Shown: positions 10,757-25,389 of the stretch, piece by piece | Numbering within the stretch: position 1 is the first letter of the stretch | Layout of the letters: each line of letters begins with the position of its first letter | DNA from: Octopus vulgaris | Lineage: Eukaryota | Assembly: GCA_951406725.2 (NCBI GenBank) | Contig: OX597814.1 | Span: forward strand, 159,278,001-159,342,000 | Reading direction: 5' to 3' | DNA: 64,000 nt | The notes under the pieces: generated by a model | The model's database searches: none | Told to the model about the DNA's origin: nothing | What the model saw: the letters and a program-made list of their open reading frames with translations, nothing else | Made by a program: the position numbers and the translations under genes

Positions 10757-12990
10757 TGTATGTATGTATGTATGTATGTATGTATGTATGTATGTATGTG
10801 TGTATGTGTGTATATATATATATATGTGGGTGTATGCATATGCATATATGTGTGTGCATGTGTATGTATGTATTCAGCATATTCGTGTGCTTACGTGTCC
10901 GTGTTTGTGAGTTTTTATGTATGTGTGTGTGTGTGTGTTGCAACTATGTACCGTGTTTGTATGTATGGATGTGCATCTGTATATGTGTGGACACGTGTCT
11001 CAATATGTGTCCTTGTGTGAAGTAAAGTGTGTGTGTATATATGGTTATGTGTTTCAGTCTCCATTTGCGTATGCGTGCTTGTCTGTTCCTATAACCTATG
11101 TACTTATCCGCCTGTATGTTGATCTGTTTATTTTCATATCCATATGCTTACATACATGTACATATACACATATATACATATACCCACACACACATACATG
11201 CATCTATCTAGATAACAGCCCACTAACTATCTCTTCCAGTGTAAACTGCGGTTATGGGGGTATGACATCTACTATGTATATTTCCTATTTAGTATTGGGG
11301 AAGTTTCATTTATAAGGATGCACTCCCGTATTTGTCTGAGTGTTGGGTCTTTTGGGTGCTTGAATAAGATGCAGATGTCAAGTTGACCCAGGTTTCCCTC
11401 ATGATGGTCTTTGGCATGTTCGCGGAGTATGGAGGACTGAATAGGATACAGAGAACTTGTGACAAAGCAAACAGGGCGAACACGTGGTATAAAACCGACA
11501 AATATCAAGGAGTGATGTTTGTAGAGGCCACAGCCCATAGAGAACTAGCTCGTAGATTTAGAAAAGCTCTGAAGAAGACCAAACTCAGCATTAAGATTGT
11601 TGAAAAGCCAGGGAACTCCGTCAAATCACAACTATGTAGAACGTACTCCTTTGAGAATACCATATGAACCAATGATAACTGCATGGTATGTAGGATTAGC
11701 CTTGGCATTAACTGTAGAGCTATAAATGTAGTTTACAGCATAAGATGCATAGAAGGTGCTTGTAAAAACATAAAAAACGACATACATAGGGGAGACATCT
11801 TGGAGCATTGTGGAACGACTAAATAAACATTTGAGACAATATGACGACAAAAAACAGTCCTCCATACTCTACCAACATGCCAAAGACCAACATGGGAGCA
11901 ACCTGGGTCAACTTGACATCTGCATCTTATCCAAGCACCCAAAAGACCCAACACTCAGACAAATACGGGAGTACGTCCTTACAAATATAACTTCTCCAAT
12001 ATTAAATAGGAAATATACATAGTAGATATCATACCTCCATACCCACAGTTTACACAGGTAGAGTAGAATAGTTAGAGGGCTGTTATGTAGATAGATGTAT
12101 GTATGAGTGTATGTGGGGGGGTATATGTATATATGTGTATATGCACATGTATGTAAGCATATGGATATGAAAATAAACAGACGAACATACAGACGGATAA
12201 GTACATAGGTTATATGAACAGACAAGCACACATACGCAAATGGAAACTGAAACACATGACCATATATACACACACACTTTACTTCACACAAGGACACATA
12301 TGGAGACACGTGTCCACTCATATGGAGATGCACAGCCATACATACAAACACGGTACATAGTTGCAAAACACAAACACACACACACACACTCAGACATGCA
12401 CACGCAAGGCGACAGAGGTGCATACATATACAAACACACGCACGCACACACATACATAAAATCACGAAAACATGGACACGCAAGCACATGAATATGCACA
12501 ATACATACATACATATGCACACACATACATACATATATACATATGCATACACACACATATACATACACACATACATACATACATACATACATACATACAT
12601 ACATACATACATACTTACATACATGCATGCATGCATGTATAGGCACACACACTCTGGCCCACACACATGCGCACAAACAAACAAAAAGAAACGCAGTGTA
12701 AATAATGGACCATTGAAAAAGTTGCAAGCCGCAACGAAAATTTTAGGAAAATAAAAATAAATAAGCGGAAGTTTTACCAGTGTGTGTGTTAAATTATAAG
12801 GCACAAAAGAAAATTACTCTCCCCAGACACAATAATATATATATATATTATATATATTTTCTGTATACATAAATGCATATAGATATATATTCTTAGATAA
12901 GTGCCTGGCACGAAACTGTCGGTCCTTGAACTAATTTGTAACTTCTACGAATTTTGTGTTTGTTCGTGTGTTCGTTCGCGCGTTCAAAAC
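10440..12990 (+). mobile_element. Penelope-like element, 5'-truncated, with GIY-YIG remnant and an inverted copy of its 3' end
   Basis: 11440-12022 encodes KIVEKPGNSVKSQL, C-x2-C, NCRAINVVYSIRC, then after a frameshift YIGETS...ERLNKH...ILYQHAKDQH. About 10500-11440 is the reverse complement of about 11855-12830. Confidence 0.85.
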
Positions 12991-14021
12991 TACATACATG
13001 CATACATTATATGCACTTCGAATTTGCCTTTCTTCTTTATATGATCGAGAAAATGACTACCAGATAAAATAATGGAATCAATACAATTCACAAAATCTAT
13101 TGAAGACAGTGCCCCTGCAATAATCGTAGACCGACAACTGAAACTTTTACATGCTTTCAGTGCATGTAAATGTCTTTTGTCATCTGTACTTACTATTTTT
13201 AATTAGTATTTTATCTCCCTTGAATATATTTAAAAAAAGAAAATAAAGGAGTTATTTCCCTTAACCCTTAAACAGCGTGCTGTGAAACAAGAATTTACAG
13301 TATGAATTTTCGTTTACAACCACCTCAGTAAATAACAACGCCAGGTTTAGATCTAGAATGATCCTAAGAAATATAACAATTAAAACAAACAACTGCAATA
13401 CTGATATTATTTTGAAACTTTTACGTGTTGTGAAGCTCGAAGTTGTAGGTTGTTCAGCTTATGCAATTAGGCACTGGCTGAAATGTCAAATTGAGTGAAT
13501 GGTAATTTACGAAGTCAATTTATTAGGTTTAATATTACTGGATTTCAATAGCTTGGAAGATAATGATACAACCAATTACATTTATATTCGAAAATGGTAC
13601 GTTTTGGGGAAAACAAATTATACACAAAAGTTCTTGCTTGTTTTCTTTGGGGAAGACGGATATTAGGTATCAAACGAAGAGAAATTGATACCACAAGTAA
13701 TCAGGAAAGAAAATTTAGATATTGGGTAGAGAAAAGGGTATACATCAAATCAGCTTATGTTGAGATAGTGCGTAGGATGTGGGGTAACTCTCATAGTAGC
13801 AGGGAAGAATGAAACACAACACTAAACGAGCTAACGTTTGCTAGTCAGGTAGTTAGCTGTTTCTTGGCTAAAATCCAGAATGATGTACGTATTATGCCAA
13901 ATATGTGAAGAGTATTCTTACTGCAGATCATATTTGTGTTGTGTACAGAGATAGCTGCTGTTCAAGATAAAAGTATATTCTGTCCTGAAAAAGAAATCCA
14001 GCATTCGTGAACCATTATTGG

Positions 14022-14181
14022 TTAGATGAAGAATACATTATCTGCCACCACCAACCCTTGTAGTGTTGGAAGCTTTTCCAAGCTCTCTGAAAATTTACAA
14101 ACATCTATGGGGATTCCTTTCCTTTTTGACATCACAAACATTAAATGGCCTTTTGCAACCTGCATCCCATCATAGCTAATT
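14022..14181 (-). CDS. Candidate terminal coding exon of the minus-strand Ig-domain gene
   Basis: Long polypyrimidine tract ending in CAG at 14184-14182, phase 2. Open frame ISYDGMQVAKGHLMFVMSKRKGIPIDVCKFSESLEKLPTLQGLVVADNVFFI-stop. Lies at the edge of the CpG-depleted block. Confidence 0.5.
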
Positions 14182-15397
14182 CTGAGTGAGAGATGGAATG
14201 ACAAAGGAAGAGAAAGTGAGAAGAAAGAATAACTAGTTCTAATACTCAACTGGTACCCTTTTTTTTATAATCAGCACCCACAAGACATCCCTTCCTTCCC
14301 TCCCCCAAAGAAAAGGATGACAGAATTCTAATTCAGAGAGCAAAACATTCTATCCCACACTAATGAATCTGTCAAGTTACTGCCTTGGAATAATATGCCT
14401 TGTCATACCTTGTTCCCTCAACCCTTGATGAAGTCATAGAAGTGCAGTCATACCATATGGTGTGTTTGGGGTATTTTCAGAGCTGGCAGAGCTCTCCCTC
14501 TCCAGCCCTGACTATAGATCAGTTCTTGCAAAAAGAGAGGGAAAAGGAGAAAAAACCCAAATGAAAGACAAAGTTAGTCTAAACAGTATTTAAACTTGAA
14601 GTGCAGAGAGCCAGAAGGAATATCAGAAGACAATCTATCCAATAATCTAATGACTCAACCAATTCCCTGCCATATTTTTTAGAAAATATTATTTCTTAAG
14701 TTGATTGCAGATTGTAAAATCTAGCTGAAATGAGGATCTTAACTGCATGAGGTTCATCAGTTTTGAGATTACAGTTCTGTTTTCCTTTTTCTTTTCCTTT
14801 AAAATATGTAGTGCGAGTATTTTGATACTTTTGAATGATATTAAGTTGTGAAGTTCCCTTTATTTTATAAGCTTTGGTTGTGGAAGATGTATTTACTTGG
14901 TAGGTTATTGAGATTGTTTTTAAATGATGCATGCATGCATGAGAAATCTAAGTGAGAAGACTAAATTGTTGTTATCTGCATTAGAATATGTATGGTTAGA
15001 TGACACAGCCAGTTAATTGTTTATATAAAGAAATGTGGATAACTGAGGTATGAGAGAACTTGATCAAGAAGCAATAAGATAAAGTAACTTATGATGAAGT
15101 TTCTAAACCAGGGAATTCTGTTGAAGAGAACCTATAATCAAGTATTTTTTCTGTATTTTCATGAAAGGGGGGAGCAAAGAGCTTTGCTTCATCAAGTTTT
15201 TTAAAGACATTGGTACATGATCTACCTATACAGATAATTAAAATGTATAAAATAAAATGTAAATTGTAAGTGTTCAGCTAAGCTTGGTGAAACAACATAC
15301 AAGCCTTCATTCCTTCTGTACAAAGTTGCATATCTCCATATCTAATGGCATAAATTCTCACTAAATAAAAGAGTTAATGTTAAACTCATTCACATAC

Positions 15398-15472
15398 TTT
15401 GTATGATAATCAACTGGTTTTTGAACATCATGATCATCATCATGGATATATACCAGCATGGGTGATATATGC
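15398..15472 (-). CDS. Candidate 75-bp internal exon (phase 2-2)
   Basis: TTTTGCAG| acceptor and |GTATGT donor. Encodes HISPMLVYIHDDDHDVQKPVDYHT and joins the 14181 exon in frame (AA+A = Lys). Confidence 0.45.
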
Positions 15473-16199
15473 CTGCAAAATAGCACCACTGTTCTGTAAT
15501 TTAAAGAATCAAGAACAACTAGAAGTGGTGCATGCATACTATGTATTGTTTTGAAATCCAATAGAAGTTTTCTACTCATTAACACCTATTAGTTGCTTTC
15601 CCTAATGTAATTTTCAAACTTGCATCTAAGTATCAGATCTGTACAAAAGTCCCTAGAAGTGAATTTTGAATATGTAATTTACTCATTTTTTTGTTTGTTT
15701 CTGACTCTAGATATTATTCAAATATTAATTTAATTTCATCTAAAAATTACAATCAAATTTAATTAAACTAATAACAACATTATTAAAGAACACATAACGT
15801 TTTATGCAATGCAATATTAATAATGAAAACTCCACTTCAATAGTATATTATTGCTTTTTAGCTCTTCCATGCTTGTGAAATTCTAACCATGGTCATCTTA
15901 TTTCAAAGCATAATGTATCTAGTACTACAATAACCAATGTGTGCTTTCTATTTCAAGATGGTGGGACATGAGTTCTGAGAGATTAAGCTATTATTTCTAA
16001 AAGGTTGTGCAAACATATAGTGGTTCAATCTTCACTCATTTGCTAGAAAGTATGACCATATGAGATAACTTTTGGGAGGTCTTGCACACGTGCCACTTTA
16101 AGGGAATCACACAGGTACTTTTTGTTGCTAAGCATGGTTGAGTTCATGGCAAATGCATATACATCCTAACCTGATAAATTAGCAATGATGAATTAGTAA

Positions 16200-16713
16200 C
16201 TCACAGTTTGTACCTTCATTATGGCTACCCTCAGAAAGGGCCTGGCTGGAATAGCTTCATGCATGAGGCCAATTTCACAATCATGTTGAGTAAACATCCC
16301 TACAATGTGCAACATAAGAGAAGGCCAGCTTTGCAACTCAACAACAACCTTGGGCACCTTTTTGAATTACATGTATCTAACATCTGTGTACATGCTTTCA
16401 AAATTGGAAAACAGCACGGCACCCATGACATTCAGAAGTATTTTTCATGACCAGAATTGCTGAAGCAGGGAATAAACTACCCTCATCAGTTGTTAGCTGT
16501 TGGAACACTACAACCTTCAGGACTTCCATTCTTCCTGAAATTCACCAACATTACACCTGATGTTCCTTTTGTTATGACCCATCCACTGTTCACTTGCCTG
16601 CTTTTTGTGCATTATTCTGTGTACTGTACACGCACTTTTGACTATCTTTTCTGATGGGTTGTAGTACACTCAAGTACTATATGCAATAAGTTCATTATTG
16701 TTGTTGTTGTTGC

Positions 16714-16765
<52 letters not shown>

Positions 16766-16790
16766 ATTATTATTATTATCATCATCATCA
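16200..16790 (+). mobile_element. Decayed CR1-type LINE 3' fragment, same family as 9730-10440
   Basis: Aligns by eye to 9830-10430 (CACCTTTT...CTAACA...AAACAGCAC...CCCATGAC), with CpG decay and a (TTA)n tail. Confidence 0.75.
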
Positions 16791-17015
16791 TCAACATTAT
16801 TCATCATCATCATCATCATTTAATGTCCACTTGCCATGCTAGCATGGGTTGGATGATTTGACTGAGGACTGGCGAACCAGATGGCTGCACCAGGCTCCAA
16901 TCTGATCTGGCAAGGAGAACAGAGTTTGAAAATCAAATGGTATTTCACTGATCAACCTATGTCTGCATGGAACATGGACATTATATGATAATGATAATTA
17001 TGTTTTGTTCCTTTG

Positions 17016-17053
<38 letters not shown>

Positions 17054-17829
17054 TATGGGGGATAGTTGTATAAAACAGTAGAGGTTTTCTGTAACAAGTT
17101 TAAGTGAACCTTGAAAGATATTTGATCTTGTCAATAAATTTGATCATTTGGATGAAGTGAAGTGCCATTGTTGTACCATTTCACAGTCAAACATTTTTCT
17201 AACATTAACTCTAACTATACAGTATAATGGAACAAGATCTGGTGACATCATGATGAGATCATTGTTAGATCATTTGCACTCTACAGAGAGAAATGTTTTC
17301 CATAGTAACTCTCTGGTAATTTAATAATTCATAGGATGGGAAAGCATTTTCATCTGACTACATCATAGTTTTGAGATGAGCCACTATGAATTCAACTGTA
17401 ATGGAGTAGAATCAAACTTTTGACAAAGGCAACCATATCAGAATATAATGAATTATTATTAAATAACTATTTTACACTGTTTTTAACAAAACAAAGTATA
17501 ATGATTTGTTTCAATAAGAGACAATGTTATCTAAATTTATTAATGCAATTAAAACTATGTCCGTGCTGAGATATTAGTTAACTATTTAAATATTTATCTA
17601 GCAGAGTTTAAGAGGCACATTTAATTAGCTATTTAACAGAATTTAACAAGCCCATTCTTATTTGATCATTTCTTATAAGGCCGTACAAGAAGACAACAAA
17701 CATATTCTATTTAGAATGTATTAGTTATAGTAAATCATTAGCTAAATAGTAACTCTCAAGTTACTGATAAACTTAATTAGTGTTTAACAATTAAAACATT
17801 ACGTCAAAGCTTTATACAAATATCAATAC

Positions 17830-17862
<33 letters not shown>

Positions 17863-17864
17863 CT

Positions 17865-17903
<39 letters not shown>

Positions 17904-18339
17904 TTTTCATGGAGAGTAGCAGCAAACTCAAGGACTACTCTCATGCAAACACTCACACACACATGTATGGCTGTATGGTTAGTTTGCTTTGCAATCACTT
18001 TGTTCTAGCTTGGATCCCACTACAAGATACCTGGGGCAATGTCTTGGATTGATCAATACCTTCAGAATAAAATTTTGTAGATGATAACTGTACAAAGGCT
18101 GCTGTGTATATATGTATGTACACACAGAAACACACACACATAAGTTGCATACCTCATATTTGTATGAATACATTTACTTAGTATATAAAAGACTAACCTA
18201 CTCCCACAAAGTATCAAGCCTTGTGCCTATAGCAAAAAGCAGTTAAACTGTATGAAAGAGATGACAGAGGACTGAGATATGTGGTACATTGCTGAACTCA
18301 AGAAGAGCTGCCCACCCCAACAGAATTAAGATCCTAAAT

Positions 18340-18612
18340 CTAAAGTACCACATAAAAAGCATTGGTGTGGGTACTGCTATCACACAAAAAAAATACTGGT
18401 GCTGATGCTACATAAAAAGCACTCATGATGGTGCCACTTTAAAAGCACCTAGTACACTCTGTGAAGTGGTTGGCATTAGGAAAGGCATCAAGCCATAGAA
18501 ACCAAGCCAAAACAGACCATAGATTCTGGTGTGGCTCCTGGCCTTGCCAGTTCCTGTCAAGCCATGCCAGCATGGAAAATAAACTTTAAATGTTGATAAT
18601 GATGATGATGTT
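18340..18612 (+). mobile_element. SINE or RTE-related 3' end with GGTGCCACATAAAAAGCA repeats and (GAT)n tail
   Basis: The tail CCATGCCAGCATGGAAAA...(GAT)n also occurs in reverse at about 16805, 21270 and 30775. Confidence 0.65.
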
Positions 18613-19031
18613 ATTGAACCATATTGTTGAAATCTAGATGGAGGATAGTATGTGTAAAATTGTTGAAGATTCAATCAATACTTAGGTAACTAGGAAGGTA
18701 CAGATGAGTCTTCTATGTAGGTGATTGCATTGGTACACATTTTTGTAGTTGAGTAGCATGAAGTCAATACTGTTATTTAGAGATTTTGAGGACTTCTATC
18801 CTGCTAGGATGATGCTGATTCTTTTTCTGTTTTAGAATATTTATTCTGCACTCATTTGGCCCTTAGATTATTTAAGTATCACTTTCCATCCAAATCATAA
18901 AATATTCCATTTTTTATTCATTTCCTTTTTCGTTTCGTACATGGAATGCAGAAACTTTTGTTTTTCTTAAGATCAACAATTAAATGATAGCTTTTATAGT
19001 AATAGCTTTGATTCTTTAAAGCAGTACTTAC

Positions 19032-19119
19032 TGTGGTCTATCATAGAAATTTCCATTTGATATAGTAGGTGTAAAACAGTGGTACAGGTAAAAACATTCA
19101 GTATTATCATCTTTTTTGG
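19032..19119 (-). CDS. Weak candidate 88-bp exon (phase 1-2)
   Basis: Perfect |GTAAGT donor but a poor acceptor (ATAAG|). Frame PKKDDNTECFYLYHCFTPTISNGNFYDRP would bridge the Ig exon to the 15472 exon. Confidence 0.2.
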
Positions 19120-19374
19120 CTTATCATTTGAGTTGATGTTGACCAGCAATGAAGGCAGAAAGCTATCCTGAGGCTGACCATTTTGTGATGCATTACAAAG
19201 AAGTGTCTATTCCCTATTAGGATACTAATAAGATGTGTGTGATCCTTGTCAAATACTAAATTATATATCTATTTTAACAAGCTAAATCATAAACCATAGT
19301 GAGGTCAACAAAACTGAAAAAAGTTTCATAATATCCACCATTTCTGAAGATGTTTTTATGAATCTGTTCATACG

Positions 19375-19588
19375 TTTATCTTTTATTTTTTACTTGCTTC
19401 AGTTATTAGACTGTGGTGGTCATGCTGGAGCACCATCTTGAAATTTTAGTCGAATGACTCAACCCCAGTACTTCGTTATTAAGCATGGTAGTTATTCTGT
19501 TGGTCGTTTTTTGCTGAACTGCCTAAGTTACAGGGATGCAATCACACCAACACCAGTTGTCAAGTGGTGATGGGGAGACAAACACAAA

Positions 19589-19631
<43 letters not shown>

Positions 19632-19812
19632 ACATATATATATGTATATATACAATGGGCTTCTTTCAGTTTCCATCTACCAAATTCACTCACAAGGTTT
19701 TGGTTGGCCTGAGGCTATAGAAGTAGACACTTGCCCAAGGTGTCATGCAGTGGGACTGAACCTGGGACGATGTGGGTGGGAAGCAAGCTTCTTACCACAC
19801 AGCCACACCTGC
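19375..19812 (-). mobile_element. SINE family B, CpG-decayed
   Basis: Reverse complement of the family B core with an internal (CA)n. Confidence 0.8.
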
Positions 19813-20018
19813 ACCATTTGTGGGAAGAAAAATTGTCAAATATTCAATTAATGCAAGACAGAACCAGCCAAAGAGACTGGTGTCCTCATGATGTATGCTG
19901 GACTTCACCTTGCTAGAGACACCAAAACAAAATAGGGATATAATATGAAATTCTTTTTCTGTAATCATTGAGCAACCCAAACAATTAATCACCTGATAGC
20001 TTGTACATTATTGTAATA

Positions 20019-20074
20019 CTAGTTGACCCTGTGCCATCAAAAATGATGGCTAATTGTAGCATTTTATATATAAA
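20019..20074 (-). mobile_element. Very short Helitron-like remnant
   Basis: Minus-strand hairpin GCCATCA-TTTT-TGATGGC followed by CTAG|T. The other end resembles the TATATA-rich Helitron 5' end seen at 5334. Confidence 0.4.
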
Positions 20075-23000
20075 TAAGGTACATAATAATCAAAGATACA
20101 AACATTCACTTCCTTTGCACATGCACACACATACACGCATATACTCGCATAGAGTTGAAATGTTGCTTGATTTTTCTTTTCAGCATTGAATGTTCCCCAT
20201 CCCACTTCCATTGCACACACACACACACACACACATGAAGCCCTTATATATACACACACACAGTTGAAACGCTGTCAGATTTTTTTTCACCATAGAACTT
20301 CCATCATCCCACTATCGAGTTTGCCATCACCTCTTCCTTTCTTATTCATCTATCACCCCTTCCTTTCTCATTCATATGTTGTGACAGAGAAGAACAGAAG
20401 ATACACAACACGCTCTTTATTACTTCCTTTCTCTTATTGCTATTACTTTCTCTCACTCCCTCTGAGTCAGGGCTATTACTCTCACTACTTTTCCTTCACT
20501 GACTTACTATTTTCTCTCCTCTCCCTTCACTTATACTACTCTTTCTCCTACTCTGTTCTGTATGATTTTGGACAAATATATATATATACAAATATATAAA
20601 AACATTACACTCATTATTATATTAGAAGATTGTTATTTGTATGATTAGAGAAATAACAGAGAGAATGCACAAGATTGCAGAAAAAAAGGTGGAAAGATTT
20701 AATAGATTCAAAATAATAATAAATCATTTCTCACATGCAACATTAATATAGACCTAAGTCTAGATTTGATTGCAAAACAAAGTGAGACTTATCAGAAAAT
20801 AATACAGCTGTCTAATGACACACTTGTTGATTAATACTATCTTCCAATTCCTTACAGCAGTAATCTAAATGTATATAGATATAAGTATTGGTTTTGCTTT
20901 TAATTTTAAGAATAACTTTTAAGGGAAAATATCTATTCATAATTTATTAGCAGATTCAAAATTAGATAAATAATTAGACAGATTCTTATTCTTAATTTTT
21001 TATCTTTTTTTTTTTTTGCTATGTTAAAAGTGTTTGAAGAAAATCTATTAATTTTCTTTTAATTTGTTTTTTCAATTAAACATTTGTGATATCTTATATA
21101 CACTACATGATTTCAATGCTTACTTCATTCAAAGACCGACATTATAGCAACTCAAAATTTCTTTCAAACATTACAACTAAAAACTTTGCTAAAGTGGCTT
21201 TATATTTATTCCAAAGTACTTTAAACTCTGTTAGTTGCATTTATCTCCCATCATATAAACTGGTTTCACACATCATCATCATCATCATCATCGTTTAACG
21301 TCCGCTTTCCATGCTAGCATGGGTTGGACGTGGCAATCCCTGAATATTTGGCATCTTGACACCACTAATAAAAATAAGTTGAAAGATTGATAGCATAGAA
21401 TGCAACCAGTATCCTTGGCAGGGGGAAATCATTTGTCATAGTATTAAAAGAGTAAAGGAATAAATGTAACATGTACAGGCAAGTTATATATGTGTTATAT
21501 ACACATGGGCAGATCATTAAGAATAATTATGGTATTTTTATGGATGTGATCAAGCATTTTTGCTTAAAAAGAATGCACATTAACAGATATAGGAGGGGCT
21601 ATATTTATTACAAAAACAAATATTAACTTTCAATAATGAAAGTTAAAATAGTAAGGTTTTCTGAAAAGAAACTCAAATAAAACGTCCTTGCAGACATTTT
21701 GGCAGAAAAGAATGCATAAATTTCATTAAGAAGCTTCTAACCCAAGTGATTATTTTGACTTATCAAATTAAATGTTTTGCTAATATTTAATGTAACACTT
21801 AATCAGTCTTTACAAGCAGTTACTGATAGCAGAAAAAAGATCTTTGACAATATATCATTCAATAATGAGGTTAGTAATAAGATCAGTTAAGTAATAATGA
21901 GACATTCACTTTCTTTAAAAAAAGGGGTGCAGTTATTTTGTTTTAGGTAGATCCCTGTGATGTGAGAGAGTTTTAAGATTTTCTTATAGGAACTTATGTG
22001 ATTTAAGAGTACTGATGAAAGAATCCTTAATAAAAAACCTAAAGTCATGTTGGGGAGCATGTTATTTTGATAACAAAAATAAAACTCCAGAATTATCAGA
22101 GAAAAGTACCAAGAGCTGAATTAGTGAAGCTTATTGGAAATAAGGAAGGAAAGAAAGCATGGTTATAGTTGGAGAAGTAAGTTTGTTGACAAGGAAGGAG
22201 ACAAAAATTTCCTTTGCTGCTTTGTTCATCTGCTTACTCATATAGTAACTAGAGTCTAAGAAGAATACACAAGTAATATTTATGGCTGTAGTTTTCTGGA
22301 TGTTGCTAACTTTGTTCTTTGAAGAACAACTCCGTGGCATTTCATAGAAAACTAGCATTGGTATGATGGGGTTTTTCTTAAGAGAGAGTGGAGGGCTTCA
22401 AAAATGTAGAAAATAGAGAAAATTATCAGAATAACTGTAATGGGTTGGAGATAAAGAGTTATGAATATCAATTTCATCCACTATAAGTAATTTAGAGAGC
22501 AAGATGAACTTCTAGAATATTTCAATGCATAAAAAGCTCAAGAAGTTATGAGAAATTTGGAGTGATAGATTATTTTTTAGGTAATCACATGCAAGAGAGA
22601 TTTTCAGACTGAGTAATTAGCAAGGAGCAACTGAGCCAGTTTCGAAGCTGATATTATAGTTTTCCTCCATTTGTGATTCTATTCTTACTATGCTTGTAGT
22701 AATGAGGCTTTTGTATCAGTGTGATCCAAAGAGCTCTACAAATGGGTTTTACTCTTACCAAGTGAGGAATTAGACTAAATGAGATCATCATCAGAAGCCT
22801 CGGGAAACAACATAACAGATATATAGTTGCAGTCAAGAACCAATTAAACGTTAATCATTGAGGAAACTCACAAGATGCTGGAAGCTGGTATCATAATAAT
22901 ATTAAATAGAATCACCAAGCTCTGAAAGTAAACTACTGCTTACATCCCTAAAACTAGTGATCACATGTTATTCAGCCACCAAAAGATTTAGCATGACCTT

Positions 23001-23352
23001 AATCGAAACAAACGCTACCAGATGATGATGTGCAGAATTTTCAGTCTGATAAAGAAATTCTTAAAGGGGCCCCAAACTGACTCCTCAAACAATAGCAACA
23101 TTCTTTTCATGACCATTTAACAAATTCTTGTGAAACAATTTTAACAGAATAATTATTGACGACATTAAAAAATGTAATTCTCATTCCTTTCCTACAACTG
23201 TTTTTCCCTGATAGAAGCAATTAGACTAAATCTTTAAAATAAAAAAAAAATTAAAACTTTAAACAATATTGAAAATTTCAAAATTTACAAACAATATTTA
23301 ACTTTGTATTCATTCAGTAGAGGAGATAATATATTTAAAAAGTAATATTTAC

Positions 23353-23639
23353 GTATGATATGTAGATATGCAGCAGTTGTTGCAACTCCTTGAGAGTTTT
23401 CTGCTCGGCAACGGTAAAATCCACCATCTGACTGCAAAACATTTTCAATGTACATTGAAATAATTCCATCTTTGTCATATTCAAAATTGTAACGTGTTTT
23501 GTTGGTTATATCAATACCATCCTTGAACCATCTTATTGAAGGCCTGGGATTGCCAACAACTTGACATTCAAATCGCTTGGACCCACCAAGAACAACTTCA
23601 GCCTTTCCAGGCATGCTGACAGATATGCAGCTTGGAGAG
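23353..23639 (-). CDS. Exon encoding an I-set immunoglobulin domain (titin/obscurin/myosin light chain kinase-like intracellular Ig type)
   Basis: RFECQVVGNPRPSIRWFKDG...DGGFYRCRAENSQG, the canonical I-set signature. TTTTCAG| acceptor (phase 2) and |GTAAAT donor (phase 1), 287 bp. Confidence 0.92.
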
Positions 23640-25389
23640 CTGAAAACAAAAACAAATAATAATATAGAATGTGAATTAAATAACAAATTTATAGCTCATG
23701 TCAATCATTTCTTTTATCATATGTTTCAAATAATCATCCTATTATGATGATATACAATCATATAAGAACAAATCAGATGTTCATTTATTATTGTAAACAG
23801 AAAAGAAGCTGTGGATTAGCAAAACTGCTCAAGCATTGAAAAGATAGCATAGCAATATTGGTTCCAGATCCATATGTTCTGAGTTCAAATCCCACTGATG
23901 TCAACTTTACCTTTCATCCCTCCAGGGTAGACAAAATAAAATACCAATCAAGTAATGTCATTGATTTAACTGACAAAATTCCTCCCATCAAATTTCTGGC
24001 CTTGTGCCCCTGCTAGAAACAATTACTATGAAGAGAAAATACCAACATGAGAGAGAAAATCCTTTGTACCATTAATTTTTTTACATTATTTTACAACTTT
24101 TGCATTATTTTAACTCATGGGGTAACTATTGAGTGCTACTAATACACGCTATACATTTCTATGATGAACCACAATTAAACAACTCACCATAACTCATAGA
24201 TAGATCTTAGAAGACATGTTAAAGTAACGATTCTAGAAGAAATTCAAATATTGTAAAGTAACTAGCAGCATAGACACCTTTGAAATTGTGTAAAAGAAAA
24301 AATAGATTGAACTTCTACAACACCATACATATGTTTCTCTTTTGCAAAAAGGTAAAATAACTTCTTTATGAGCACTTTTTAGCATTCAAAACATTTTCTA
24401 TTATCTGAACACTTGTAAATTCTTCCAATATTTTAAGCATGTATGATAAAACTATATAAATATTTCTTACTTTTTTTCTAGTTGAGAGAATAGGTATAAA
24501 ATTATCAAGTCCAAATTATTCTATGTTGAGGGGATTAATTCTTGATGAGATTGGCTTTGCTTGCAAATCTTTCCAAACAGAATATAATCAAATCAGATTC
24601 CAGATTAATATATCTGATAAATAACCTGTGAACTGAGCACTGTTGATGTTGTTGTTGTTGTTGTCATCGTCGTTAATGTTGTTGTTAGTTACTGATCAGC
24701 TCTGAACAAACTGGACAATTTTCAAAGCACTCTGGTCATAACCATTACTATCTTTTTAAGTGTATGTAGAATTTCATTAACTAATTTATCATTTCCTCCT
24801 TTAAGATTGCTGGATGCTATTCAAGAAAGATTTGGTTGTTATTTTTAGTAGGTTGAGTGATCATATTGATATTTCTTCATTGTACTGTAGATTGCAAAAT
24901 CATGTGCATCATAAAAAACTCCAACAAGTATCTTCTACATTCCTAAAGTTCATTTATTGTAGAGTTATTGATCAGCATACTTGCCAAAACAACAATCTTC
25001 GGATTGATAACATCAAGTATACCTCAATATACTGTATGGTTAATTTTGGTTATTAAACTATTTAAAAATAATCCATTTGTATTTCTTGAACAACAGGGCA
25101 AAAAAAATTTGTTTCCTTAAAACTGACTGTACATTTTAGCCTAATGATGTTCTTTTCAATTGCAATGACAAAACGAGTGTGAAGAATTTGATATATGTAC
25201 ACCGTTATAAAATCTCAATCCTAGCACAGGTATGCAGCCTGTCATAATTATTCCACACTGGTTAGAATGCCTCTCTTCAATATACTTACTAAAAGGTTAA
25301 ATCATGTAGAACAAAAGAAAATAACTATCAGTAGCAAAATCAACATGGTCATTATCATTACATTCTTCATATTCCATGTAAATGCTTAC

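Noticed and set aside
10492-12804. Long Cys/Val/Met/Tyr- or His/Thr-rich ORFs, up to 298 aa
   Set aside because: Translations of (TG)n, (TATG)n and (CA)n tracts. The same applies to ORFs near 5.3, 31, 46.5-47.4, 59 and 60 kb.
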